Assembly (NCBI RefSeq): GCF_024223415.1
Contig: NZ_CP100500.1
Source of the DNA: Escherichia coli
GTDB lineage: Bacteria > Pseudomonadota > Gammaproteobacteria > Enterobacterales > Enterobacteriaceae
Reading direction: 5' to 3' (one strand)
Length of the DNA: 64,000 nucleotides
A program made the translations under genes and the position numbers. Below are positions 53,025 through 62,195 of the stretch, piece by piece (the first letter of the stretch is position 1; each line of letters begins with the position of its first letter). The notes under the pieces are model-generated. The model searched no databases. It was not told the origin of the DNA and saw only the letters and a program-made list of their open reading frames with translations.

Positions 53025-55352
53025 TTATCCTTTGAGTTCTTGTGCAATTTCCAGGTCAACGTAAATATCATCGTCATCATCAAGCACCGGGGCGTCAACC
53101 TGTTCGAAAGACCAGTCATTAATTGCTTCAATCGCGCCGCTTAGCATCAAATTAAACTGCTGGCATAGCTCAGCGACTTCGTTTCGCGCCCAGCGTTCTT
53201 TTTCCTGCAAACGTTGGTAAAGTTGATGATGTGCTTCATCAAGACCTGCGCCAGCGTGTGGCGGGATCTCCGCTGGGGATTCGTCTGCGGGTTCATCTTC
53301 GGTGAAGATGGTGTTCAGTAACTGGCGTACGTCCGTTGTGTCGGATTCATGACGGGCAAGGATCCGTTCATCAAGAGAAAACGCGCCGCTCGTCGCTGAT
53401 GGGGTTTGTAACGTAGCTGTCGGAGTTGTTTCTGCGGTTGACAGTCGGTGGATATCGCTGGTAACGGCACTGCTGTCCAGACCGAGGCTGGCGTAGATTT
53501 TTTCCAGTTGTTTGATTTCAGCCGGATCGATTTTTCCATCTGCGCAGGCGACGCTGATAATCACGTTGCCAATAGTGGATTTATCTTTATCGCTGAGTTG
53601 CTCAATTTTACCTTTCAGACCAGCCTGATTTGCAGGCGTATTGAGCCGCCAGGTGAGGTAGGCGTGCAGCGAACGTTTTTCTGTTGGCGACAGCGCATCG
53701 TTATGATTAATCGTTTTCTCCAGCGCGGCCTGTTCAGCAACATCCACGCGCTTGTCCATTTGTGCAATCATGGCACCCAACCGAAGCGCCACAGAGACTG
53801 ACGTAAATTCCGCCGACGGTACGTAGAATTCCGCATGCCCTTCAGGAAATAAAACAAGATGACCTTCTGGATCCGGTCTGACAAGGTGATAGCGCATATC
53901 CGGCGCAATGCCGTAGCCTGCTCGCCGGGCGAAATTTTGCATCAGCTCGGCTTCTTTCTTATTAATCTTATCCGGTACAGGCATACCCAGTCTGGCCCAG
54001 AAATCAGCCACTGTCGCCAGTCCTGAATGTTCACGGATTTTCTCATCTGCCCAGTGTTTAAATTCAGCAAATAGACGTTCTGCATCTTCGGTCAGTATTT
54101 CATCGGGAAGCAGCATGATGGCGGCGACATCACTTGGTGAGGCATCTTTTTTACCGAGATAGCGACTGTAGGCATCCAGCGCGTTGATACAGGATTCTGC
54201 AACAGAAATTAATTTCTGAACTGGGGCTTTTAAAACGCTGGGATCGGGAAGATCCATCTGTTTTTTTACCTGAAGTTCCCGAAGCGTACCACTGGCGGGG
54301 GTATAGCTTAAATACAACCGTGTTTTATTGGGTTTGACGACAATACCGTCACCGTATTTTTGAGTATAACGCTGTTTGAATAATGCGGAAAATTCAGCAT
54401 GACATCGACGGGCAGGCGTGCGCAGGGTGTAATCAGGAAAATAGTATATCCATGCCAGTGCCAGAGCGGCACAAATAGGTTGTCCTTTATCGACCACAGT
54501 CGCTAGATTTAATCTGAACAGTAATGAACTCCTCGATGAGAAATATTCGTTTTCGGTATATATAGAAAGCAACTTCGGTCGGAGAACGATCATCATTTCC
54601 AGCAACTGCGTTGCATAATGCCGGAAGGAACCGCTTGCCTGAAATACGGTTCTCAGGCGCGATATCTCTTCGAATAATGCTTTGAATTCATCGTCAGAAA
54701 TGGCTTCTTGTGTGCCATCGGCCAGTACGCGGCGTTCTAGACCGTAAAAATAGATAAAAACATAGCCAACGGGGCAGCTCGCATCGCTGCGATCGCTTGC
54801 CAGCCAGTCAAGATAGGCGCCACGGCAGCGAGGGGAGAGTGTGGCAAAGCTGGGCCAGTATCCCAGTGACTCATCATAATAATGCCGTGAACCAGGCTCG
54901 ATGGGAAAAGCGTCATTAACCAGCGAAGCGTCGGAGTCATCGTTATAAAGATATCCATATTCTCCTGATGAATGTGTTTTTAACCGCCCGCCGAAATAAA
55001 AATAACCGTGATTAATGACGACATTTTGAATGGTGATGCTTTCTCCCGGTTTGACCCATCGCGCTGGAGTGGTATTGCTACGGGCGGCGTTTTCTCGTGA
55101 CGGCTGGCGGCTGGTGCTGTATTCAACCGTCTGCCCGTTCACAAAAGTAAAGGTTGCCAGTTCGTCATCATCGGAGGCCTGAGAATGCATATTTGTCATG
55201 CTGTTATCTGGCTTATTGAGAGATTTCTGTCGAGATGAATGATTTATTTTGGTGATGATTTTGTTGTTTACTCTGGGGGGCGGCGATTTTTTCTTTTTGG
55301 AAAACAGAAGCCAGATAACCGCCAGCATAATAACAAATATCCAGAAGCCCAT
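53025..55352 (-). CDS. Membrane-anchored 775-aa protein with TerB-like C-terminal region; first gene of the operon
   Basis: ATG at 55352; N-terminal TM helix FWIFVIMLAVIWLLF followed by a KKKK stop-transfer; C-terminal block VACADGKIDPAEIKQLEKIYASLGL resembles TerB/DjlA-N-type helical domains. Confidence 0.55.
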   Translation of the reverse strand: MGFWIFVIMLAVIWLLFSKKKKSPPPRVNNKIITKINHSSRQKSLNKPDNSMTNMHSQASDDDELATFTFVNGQTVEYSTSRQPSRENAARSNTTPARWVKPGESITIQNVVINHGYFYFGGRLKTHSSGEYGYLYNDDSDASLVNDAFPIEPGSRHYYDESLGYWPSFATLSPRCRGAYLDWLASDRSDASCPVGYVFIYFYGLERRVLADGTQEAISDDEFKALFEEISRLRTVFQASGSFRHYATQLLEMMIVLRPKLLSIYTENEYFSSRSSLLFRLNLATVVDKGQPICAALALAWIYYFPDYTLRTPARRCHAEFSALFKQRYTQKYGDGIVVKPNKTRLYLSYTPASGTLRELQVKKQMDLPDPSVLKAPVQKLISVAESCINALDAYSRYLGKKDASPSDVAAIMLLPDEILTEDAERLFAEFKHWADEKIREHSGLATVADFWARLGMPVPDKINKKEAELMQNFARRAGYGIAPDMRYHLVRPDPEGHLVLFPEGHAEFYVPSAEFTSVSVALRLGAMIAQMDKRVDVAEQAALEKTINHNDALSPTEKRSLHAYLTWRLNTPANQAGLKGKIEQLSDKDKSTIGNVIISVACADGKIDPAEIKQLEKIYASLGLDSSAVTSDIHRLSTAETTPTATLQTPSATSGAFSLDERILARHESDTTDVRQLLNTIFTEDEPADESPAEIPPHAGAGLDEAHHQLYQRLQEKERWARNEVAELCQQFNLMLSGAIEAINDWSFEQVDAPVLDDDDDIYVDLEIAQELKG

Positions 55353-55535
55353 TCCTTGCCCTTAATCGCTGATAACGCTTCCCGGCATTGTTCTACGATA
55401 GGCAAAGGCGGTAAGCATAAAACTGGAAGAGAGATCGTAAAATGATACCGCGAATGGGCTAGAGTACAAGCATAAAAACCCTATTATTCAAAAGGATTAT
55501 GTCATATGGCTGGGGGAGCAATTGGCAGGACCAGG
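55353..55535 (-). promoter_or_regulatory. Putative promoter/5' UTR region of the five-gene island operon
   Basis: 183-bp non-coding gap between the abiEii stop and the first operon gene; all five downstream genes overlap or abut. Confidence 0.3.
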
Positions 55536-56642
55536 TTATACCTCTGAATCACGCATAAAACGATTGATTTCATCTTGCGCATGACGAAGACGATCGGCAA
55601 TGTCAGCAAATCTGTCAGGCTGATGAAAGAACATTCCCCCTTCCACCGCCGTTTGATGATCCCCGGCGATCGCTGCGAACCGTTCAGCATCGTCAGGCAA
55701 CAGTTGCAGGTTTCCGACAATCACCTGAGTAAAATCCACACCCGGCACAGACCAGCGACGTTGCTTCATCTCGACCACATTGCGCATGGCTTCCAGCGTT
55801 TCATAGGGGCTGGCAAAATGATTACTCAGCAGACAATCCACATCATACCAATGGCGTGCCAGTCGGGCCGGATTTGGCGCTTTGGTTTGCGTGCAGAACT
55901 GGTGCAGCGCCGTCAGCTTTTCCCAAAGAATATAACCGGTGTCATAAGCGTTTACGGTCGCGGTGGGTAACTGGAGTGTATCCATGCCTGCGATCCCGGA
56001 CAGATAGCTTACAACAGGCATCAGATCGGTTGGCTTGCCACGATTTCGTCCGCCAAATTCCAGCAGAATATGATCGCGCTGATAGGCCATACTGTCTTCT
56101 TTCACCCGTGGGAAATAGATATCGACTTTTTCGCCACCACTGTCGGGTTCCATTTTTGCTTCAAGGCCCGGAATTTCATAAGTCTGAAAGCGTTGGTTTA
56201 ACCGTTCTGCCAGCGCGTTTGTCCATTCTGTTAAGCGCTCTTGCTGCTGCTCTCTGAACCGGCGATTCTGGCTGTTATTTAGCGTGCTTTGCTCCCATGC
56301 CTGCTGTTCTTCCTCTTCTGAGTGGCCTGCCAGATCGGCCCAGTGAACAGAAAGATCGATATCTTCAGAAAAACGCTCAATCACGTTCCAGCATTTGCTT
56401 AACGCCGTTCCACCTTTAAACGCGACAGATAAACCTCCCAGCAGCTCCTCATTAAAAAGTAACCGAAGGATCTCCGTTACCCAGAGATCCTTTTCCAGAA
56501 AGCTGGCTCCCAGCCCGGAGGGATGCTGCTGCGCCGCGTAAGAGAGGATTTCCTGAAGCTCGCGACGTTGTGATGCGCTCCGGTAGTAATCAAAAATGTC
56601 CATCAGAGCGCCTTTTGCAACGTTATCAGCTGCGAGCGCCAC
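55536..56642 (-). CDS. AbiEii/AbiGii-family nucleotidyltransferase toxin (type IV TA / abortive infection)
   Basis: 368 aa; nucleotidyltransferase block FKGGTALSKCW...RFSEDIDL; overlaps upstream antitoxin-like gene. Confidence 0.7.
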   Translation of the reverse strand: MALAADNVAKGALMDIFDYYRSASQRRELQEILSYAAQQHPSGLGASFLEKDLWVTEILRLLFNEELLGGLSVAFKGGTALSKCWNVIERFSEDIDLSVHWADLAGHSEEEEQQAWEQSTLNNSQNRRFREQQQERLTEWTNALAERLNQRFQTYEIPGLEAKMEPDSGGEKVDIYFPRVKEDSMAYQRDHILLEFGGRNRGKPTDLMPVVSYLSGIAGMDTLQLPTATVNAYDTGYILWEKLTALHQFCTQTKAPNPARLARHWYDVDCLLSNHFASPYETLEAMRNVVEMKQRRWSVPGVDFTQVIVGNLQLLPDDAERFAAIAGDHQTAVEGGMFFHQPDRFADIADRLRHAQDEINRFMRDSEV

Positions 56643-57262
56643 GCGTGAAGCGCAGGCTCATTCATCAACTTTCCGGCAATCTGCCGTGCTTTAGCGGACG
56701 GGATGCTCAGCCGATGAAAAGCATTCTTCAGCGTTTCCAATGGGGTATGTTGCTGATCCAGACTCAGCAAACCGCGCATCAGCTCTCCTTCAGGCCGGTT
56801 CAGCCAACGTAACCGACTTGCTGATTTATGCTGGATCCGTACCCGCTCATTGCCGACGCGGAATTCTCGCGTAGGGCCGTTTGACCAGTAGATGCGTTTA
56901 ACTGGCGCCTGCGTTTGCAGCCCCAGCCGGTAAGCGGCTTCCAGCCCCTGAAGGGTGATTTTGTAACCACGCTCTTTTGCCCATGCGGCGGCAACGGCAT
57001 TGGCGCTGGCAACAACGTTAACAGAGGGGATGTTTTTCAACGGCTTTGGCCGGGAGTAGAAACCGCGTTCAACCCGGACCAGCAGGCCTTCTTTGACCAG
57101 ACGGCTCATTGCCTGTTGTACCGACGCACGGCTTCCCAGCGAGTAAAACCCGCTGATGGAAAAGGGGATGCCACGCTTCATGCGGTGAACCCGCTGGCGG
57201 GCCAGAGCGGCAACAGACATTGATTCTCCTGTACTGACGTTTTCATTGATATGTATTTTCAT
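56603..57262 (-). CDS. AbiEi-family antitoxin / transcriptional regulator (start uncertain, possibly internal Met near 57220)
   Basis: ~200 aa protein with N-terminal wHTH-like region, overlapping the AbiEii gene start by ~40 nt in the typical AbiEi-AbiEii arrangement. Confidence 0.6.
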   Translation of the reverse strand: MKIHINENVSTGESMSVAALARQRVHRMKRGIPFSISGFYSLGSRASVQQAMSRLVKEGLLVRVERGFYSRPKPLKNIPSVNVVASANAVAAAWAKERGYKITLQGLEAAYRLGLQTQAPVKRIYWSNGPTREFRVGNERVRIQHKSASRLRWLNRPEGELMRGLLSLDQQHTPLETLKNAFHRLSIPSAKARQIAGKLMNEPALHAWRSQLITLQKAL

Positions 57263-57418
57263 TATATCCCTTGTGTAGCAAGGAGTCTAACCTAAAAAAT
57301 GTCAGTAATATTCATTCTATGACAATGTTTAAAATGGCAGATATCAGTGAGGTAGCTTGCTGTAGGAAATTCCGACGATAAAATACCCACATACAGCAGG
57401 CGGTGATAAGGATATAGC

Positions 57419-59614
57419 ATGAGCATTCTCTCCATCCACGGCGTTCGCAGTTATCAGGGCGAAAGGCCAGTGGAGTTCGACTTGAGTAAGTATGTCACTC
57501 TTATCTATGGACAAAACGGCTCAGGAAAATCAACCGTTTCTGGTTACTTTTATAAGCATGGTCGTCCAGATTACAGCCAGTGCAGCCTGCGACCTCCACT
57601 GGATATGAACTACCTGGTGTTTAATCAGGAGTATGTAGACGATATTTTCAGCCAACCTTCTCAGCCGGGCATTTTCACTTTAAATAGTGAAAATGCAGAA
57701 ATTAAAACTGAAATAGATGCTCTGGAAGCGGAGAGTAAAGTTTTGTTTGCCCGGCGTGATGCTTTGGACGTGCAAAAACGCGACGTTGAGGGCATGGAAG
57801 AAAGTATTAAAAATGGCTCCGCAAAACAGATTTATAGTTCTACCGCAGAAATCAGAAAAACAGATTTATGGGATTTGATGTCTGGAACTAAACAGACCGA
57901 CAAACTTTTTCAGACCATCCTTGAACACACTGAAGTCGAAGATACTTCGACGCAGGAATTAACCGAAGAACTACACCGACTTGAAGCCAGTAAAGGCAAC
58001 CCTTACGCTTTGCTCGAAGCATTGCCAGCATCCCCTTTGAATGACAATGATATTGCGCTATTGATGCAACCTCTTATTCCAGCAGGTGATAGCCGTCTTG
58101 CTGCCGCAATTAACCAATTGGGCAACATTGACTGGGTGAGGAATGGACAGCAGTGGCTGAGTGATGACATTTGCCCATTTTGTCAAACGCCGATAGATGC
58201 CCGGCAACTTCAACAGGAAATCACTGCCCTTTTTGATACCTCATGGGAAGCTGCGATGGACCAGTTGCGGGAACTTCAGGCGCGATATCAATTCTGGCAC
58301 GATAAACCCGAACATATGCGGCAGTTAATAAAAACGTGTCCGTTAGTTGATCAGGAACATCCTGTTTATCTCTATCTACTTGAACTGGAGCAGGCGTATC
58401 AAAGAAATAAATTGCATATCGATGAGAAATTGACATCACCCTCTGCGTCGATTGCTGTTGAGGATCTTTCTGCTCTGGCTGGCAATGTCTCTGTGCAGAT
58501 AGCCAGTATTAATACAATAATAAGCGAACATAACCGAAAGGCTGAAAATTATCAGACTGAACGGGTTAGACTGAAACAGAGACTACTCAGTCATATCCGA
58601 AAACTGGCTACCGATACGATAATTAACCATGATGAACAACTAGCAGAACTTGCTGAAAAATTGGCAAAATTAACGGTGTCTCGGGATGAAATTACGGCCC
58701 AGCTTGATACGCTGAACGCAATTATTCGCGGTAAATCCAGCCTGATCGTCAATACGCAGGAAACGATTGAACGTATTAATCACAGCTTGGATAGCCTTGG
58801 AATCACTGGATTCCGCATTGCTCCCTATGACGATCGGGATGATTATCGTCTGGTGAGGGAAGGTGAGAACAGCGATACGCCTGTTTTTAGTAGTCTGAGT
58901 GAAGGGGAAAAGACGCTGATTGCTTTTCTCTATTTTCTGGAGACTTGCACAGGGAGAAAAAGTCGTGATGACAATGACCAACGAAAACGTTTAATTGTCA
59001 TTGATGATCCTATATCCAGCCTGTCGCAAAACTATGTTTTTGAAATAGCATCGTTGATCCAGCATCAGGTTATACGTGCCAGAATTGGTGAGAAAGTGAT
59101 TATTCTGACGCACAGCCTGTTTTTCTTTCAGGAGTTACTGCTTTCTGCGGAACGGAAGAAAAGGGCAGCGGGTTCTTGCCCACCAGAATGGACGCTTTAT
59201 CGGGTATCCAAATCCTTACATAGTTCTGCTTCCCTTGTTTCCGAAAAAGAATTACTGAACGACTATCAGGCACTCTGGTATGTCTTACGCCACGCCCAAA
59301 AAGATGACATTGCCAGTGTGGTGATCCCAAATACGATGCGGCAAATCCTTGAATACTATTTTGGTTTTTCGGGGAAAAGTGAGACGCTTCACCGGGCGCT
59401 TGAAACACTGGCGAGCGGGCCTGAAGGTGAACCTGGTTTCCGTATATTTGCTCGTTATCTAAATCGACATTCTCACCAGGATGCCCGCAATATCTCTCTT
59501 CATGAGGGGGCTTCGGTTGAACGCTATCTTACCTGGTTTAAGAAAGTATTCGAGGCGGCAAAGGATGAAGAGCATTACACATCAATGATGGAAAAGACGA
59601 CACAAACGACCTGA
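57419..59614 (+). CDS. RloC/PrrC-like ABC-type ATPase with coiled-coil zinc hook; candidate anticodon nuclease
   Basis: 731 aa; N-terminal Walker A GQNGSGKST, long predicted coiled coil containing CPFCQ (CxxC hook), Walker B/D-loop LIVIDDPISSLS, C-terminal RQILEYYFGF...H block reminiscent of PrrC/RloC nuclease motif. Confidence 0.55.
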   Translation: MSILSIHGVRSYQGERPVEFDLSKYVTLIYGQNGSGKSTVSGYFYKHGRPDYSQCSLRPPLDMNYLVFNQEYVDDIFSQPSQPGIFTLNSENAEIKTEIDALEAESKVLFARRDALDVQKRDVEGMEESIKNGSAKQIYSSTAEIRKTDLWDLMSGTKQTDKLFQTILEHTEVEDTSTQELTEELHRLEASKGNPYALLEALPASPLNDNDIALLMQPLIPAGDSRLAAAINQLGNIDWVRNGQQWLSDDICPFCQTPIDARQLQQEITALFDTSWEAAMDQLRELQARYQFWHDKPEHMRQLIKTCPLVDQEHPVYLYLLELEQAYQRNKLHIDEKLTSPSASIAVEDLSALAGNVSVQIASINTIISEHNRKAENYQTERVRLKQRLLSHIRKLATDTIINHDEQLAELAEKLAKLTVSRDEITAQLDTLNAIIRGKSSLIVNTQETIERINHSLDSLGITGFRIAPYDDRDDYRLVREGENSDTPVFSSLSEGEKTLIAFLYFLETCTGRKSRDDNDQRKRLIVIDDPISSLSQNYVFEIASLIQHQVIRARIGEKVIILTHSLFFFQELLLSAERKKRAAGSCPPEWTLYRVSKSLHSSASLVSEKELLNDYQALWYVLRHAQKDDIASVVIPNTMRQILEYYFGFSGKSETLHRALETLASGPEGEPGFRIFARYLNRHSHQDARNISLHEGASVERYLTWFKKVFEAAKDEEHYTSMMEKTTQTT

Positions 59615-61132
59615 TTAACAACAGAAGAGGACCATCACCCCGGGATTAACCGTTAGCAGTTCGGCAAAGAGCGCATGTGCTGGCACACGTGCTCCCAGCG
59701 ACCAAAACGGAAACGCAGATACTGGTGAACCAGCACAGTTTTCTGTTTCATACCGGGCTCCTTTCTTTCGACGCCGACAAGCTGTCGGCGAGCCCCGTAC
59801 ACCTCGTACGAGCGTGACTATCGTGTAGAGGCTAAGGATCCCGGGGGATGGCTTCCGCTATCGTAGGCGATTTCATTTGATGATTCAATCTTTGCTTTGG
59901 ATAACAATTAATTGAGATGGTCGTATTTTAGTATTAGCACTGTATGTCTTAGCTATAGTGCTGCTGAAATGACCAATTCGGGAACCGTGATGGTTTCCTG
60001 GAAACTCTCTTGCTTATTTTACGATGCTGGCCGATTATCACAAAACGTTGCTTAAACGCTGATTGGATATGGTGCTTTGTGGCAGTCATTCGCTTGTCTG
60101 ACGTTGCCATGGCTTACATTTGATGTAGCCAATGTAGAAGCCGCTTGGTGAATTGTTCTATGACATGGTCTACTACTTCGTTGTGGAAAATGAAGATGCG
60201 GTACCGGGTATGTACCATTGATGGTGAGAGGCTTATCGACGAATGGACCGTACGATATTGCTTGGCTGGAAAGGTGTGTGAAGCATTGTAGATTTACATT
60301 CACAAAATCGCGAGAAAATCTACAAACAACTCTATTTCCAGAAAAATGAGTTTCCCCTTTCTGCGCCAGAAATAAAGGCGTAATCTCCCTCCTGCACTAT
60401 GTTGTCGTGGACAACTCCCTTGCTTCATGGTCTGCAAGAAGCCCCTGATTTATCAGGATGACCAGCCCTTTCTACCGGTACGACCTCCGCAATACCGGAA
60501 CGCGAAAGCGTTTGAGGCTAAGAGTACATACACATGAACGGCTCCATCGTCATCGCTTAACGGCAACAGCCTTCACCGGCTGAACGGCCTCTCTTTGCCG
60601 GAATTTTCCTGGCCCACTTATACCCTGCTGATAACCAGCGCCTTTTTACATGACGGGCTGCGGCCTGCATTGCCGAAGGCTTTGCTGCCGCGTGACCGTC
60701 ATCCTGCACCAGAGTGTTAATTTTCAGACCCTGCGCCAGACCAGGGCGTCAGTCGCTCACGCGCAGTGAGAGACTGACGCCCGCAGAAATTTCCATCTGC
60801 ACCAGTCATATCAACTGTTCCAGCCACAGGCGAGCTTCTGACGTCGCTTTTCAGCATTTATCTCAACCATTCATTCACAAAAGGAGAACATGAGCCAGTA
60901 CCGGAGGAGGACCACCAGGACGGTCCGGGGGATGACCAGCTCACGCTGGCGGCTGCTCTGAGAGCACAACCGATACCCCGCAAAACCTCAACAGCCGTCG
61001 CCCCGGCGCTCAGGTACTGCTCGCAGCCCCGACAAAAATCAGGGGCTATCGGCCTACGCGCCGGGGAAAGCTGTATCCGTTGTTTGTTGTGGTTTTGTGA
61101 AAATCAGGAGCGAGAGAAGAGGAAAACGTAAA

Positions 61133-62014
61133 ATGGGTATGCTGGAAAGAGAGATGAAAAACCTGGCGCGGCAGGCTGGCGGGTCGCACAAGACTGTCCA
61201 TGACCGTATCGCCATGGCAGGACGTTTCTGCGAACGCCTGATGGAACTGAACGTTCAGATACGCTATGTCCACCATTTAAAGGCGAAGCATATTGAGGCG
61301 TATATTCAGATGCGGCTGGCGCAGGGGATTCAGAAAAATACGCTGCATAACGAAACGGCGGCTATCCGTAAAATCCTGACGCAGGCCGGGCGCGAAAAGC
61401 TGGCGCAGAGTGAACGGATATCGAATAAATCGCTGGGGCTGGCTGGCGTATCCCGCAATGGTACGCGGAAAGCCATCACGCCGGAATATTATCAACAGAT
61501 GGCAGAGGCTGCCCGGCTGAAAGATGCGGGGCTGGCGGCGGCGCTGGAACTGACGCGGCTGATGGGGCTACGCTCTCAGGAGGCAGTACGCTGTTCCGGT
61601 TCGCTGAAAACCTGGCGCGAAGCACTGGAGAAAGGTGATACCCGGCTAACCGTGGTACTCGGTACCAAAGGTGGACGGCCCCGTGACACGATTATTCAGG
61701 ATACTGGCGCAGTTAAACAGGCGCTGGATAAGGCCATCGTGGTGGCAGAACGGCGCAACGGCAGGCTGATTGATGCGGCGAGCCTTAAACAGGCAATGAA
61801 ATACTGGCGCAACCAGACTTTGCGTATGGGGCTGACGGGCAAATACTCCCCGCACTCACTGCGCTACGCCTGGGCGCAGGACGATATCTGCCGGTATCTG
61901 GCGCAGGGGTTCAGCGAAAAAGAAGCGCTGGCGATGGTGGCAATGGACCTAGGGCATGGCGACGGGCGTGGTCGCTGGGTGAAGCAGGTGTATGCACGGA
62001 ATGATGAAGCGTGA
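61133..62014 (+). CDS. Small tyrosine-recombinase/integrase-like protein
   Basis: ATG at 61133 preceded by a GAGG RBS; C-terminal HSLRYAWAQ box and RGR region resemble catalytic boxes of phage integrase family; unusually short. Confidence 0.45.
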   Translation: MGMLEREMKNLARQAGGSHKTVHDRIAMAGRFCERLMELNVQIRYVHHLKAKHIEAYIQMRLAQGIQKNTLHNETAAIRKILTQAGREKLAQSERISNKSLGLAGVSRNGTRKAITPEYYQQMAEAARLKDAGLAAALELTRLMGLRSQEAVRCSGSLKTWREALEKGDTRLTVVLGTKGGRPRDTIIQDTGAVKQALDKAIVVAERRNGRLIDAASLKQAMKYWRNQTLRMGLTGKYSPHSLRYAWAQDDICRYLAQGFSEKEALAMVAMDLGHGDGRGRWVKQVYARNDEA

Positions 62015-62195
62015 TTTTTTGCTGGCGCAGCGAAAGGAAAAAGGCCAAAGGGTAAAGGTGGGTTAAGGGTAACAGCTCCTTACCGGAAAGGGCCAAAGGG
62101 TTGGGACTGGCGCAGATCGACGTCTATCCACGGATATCTGGCGCAAATAAAAAGCAGATCCCTGATGCAGTGGATCTGCTTTCCGGCATTGTCCG

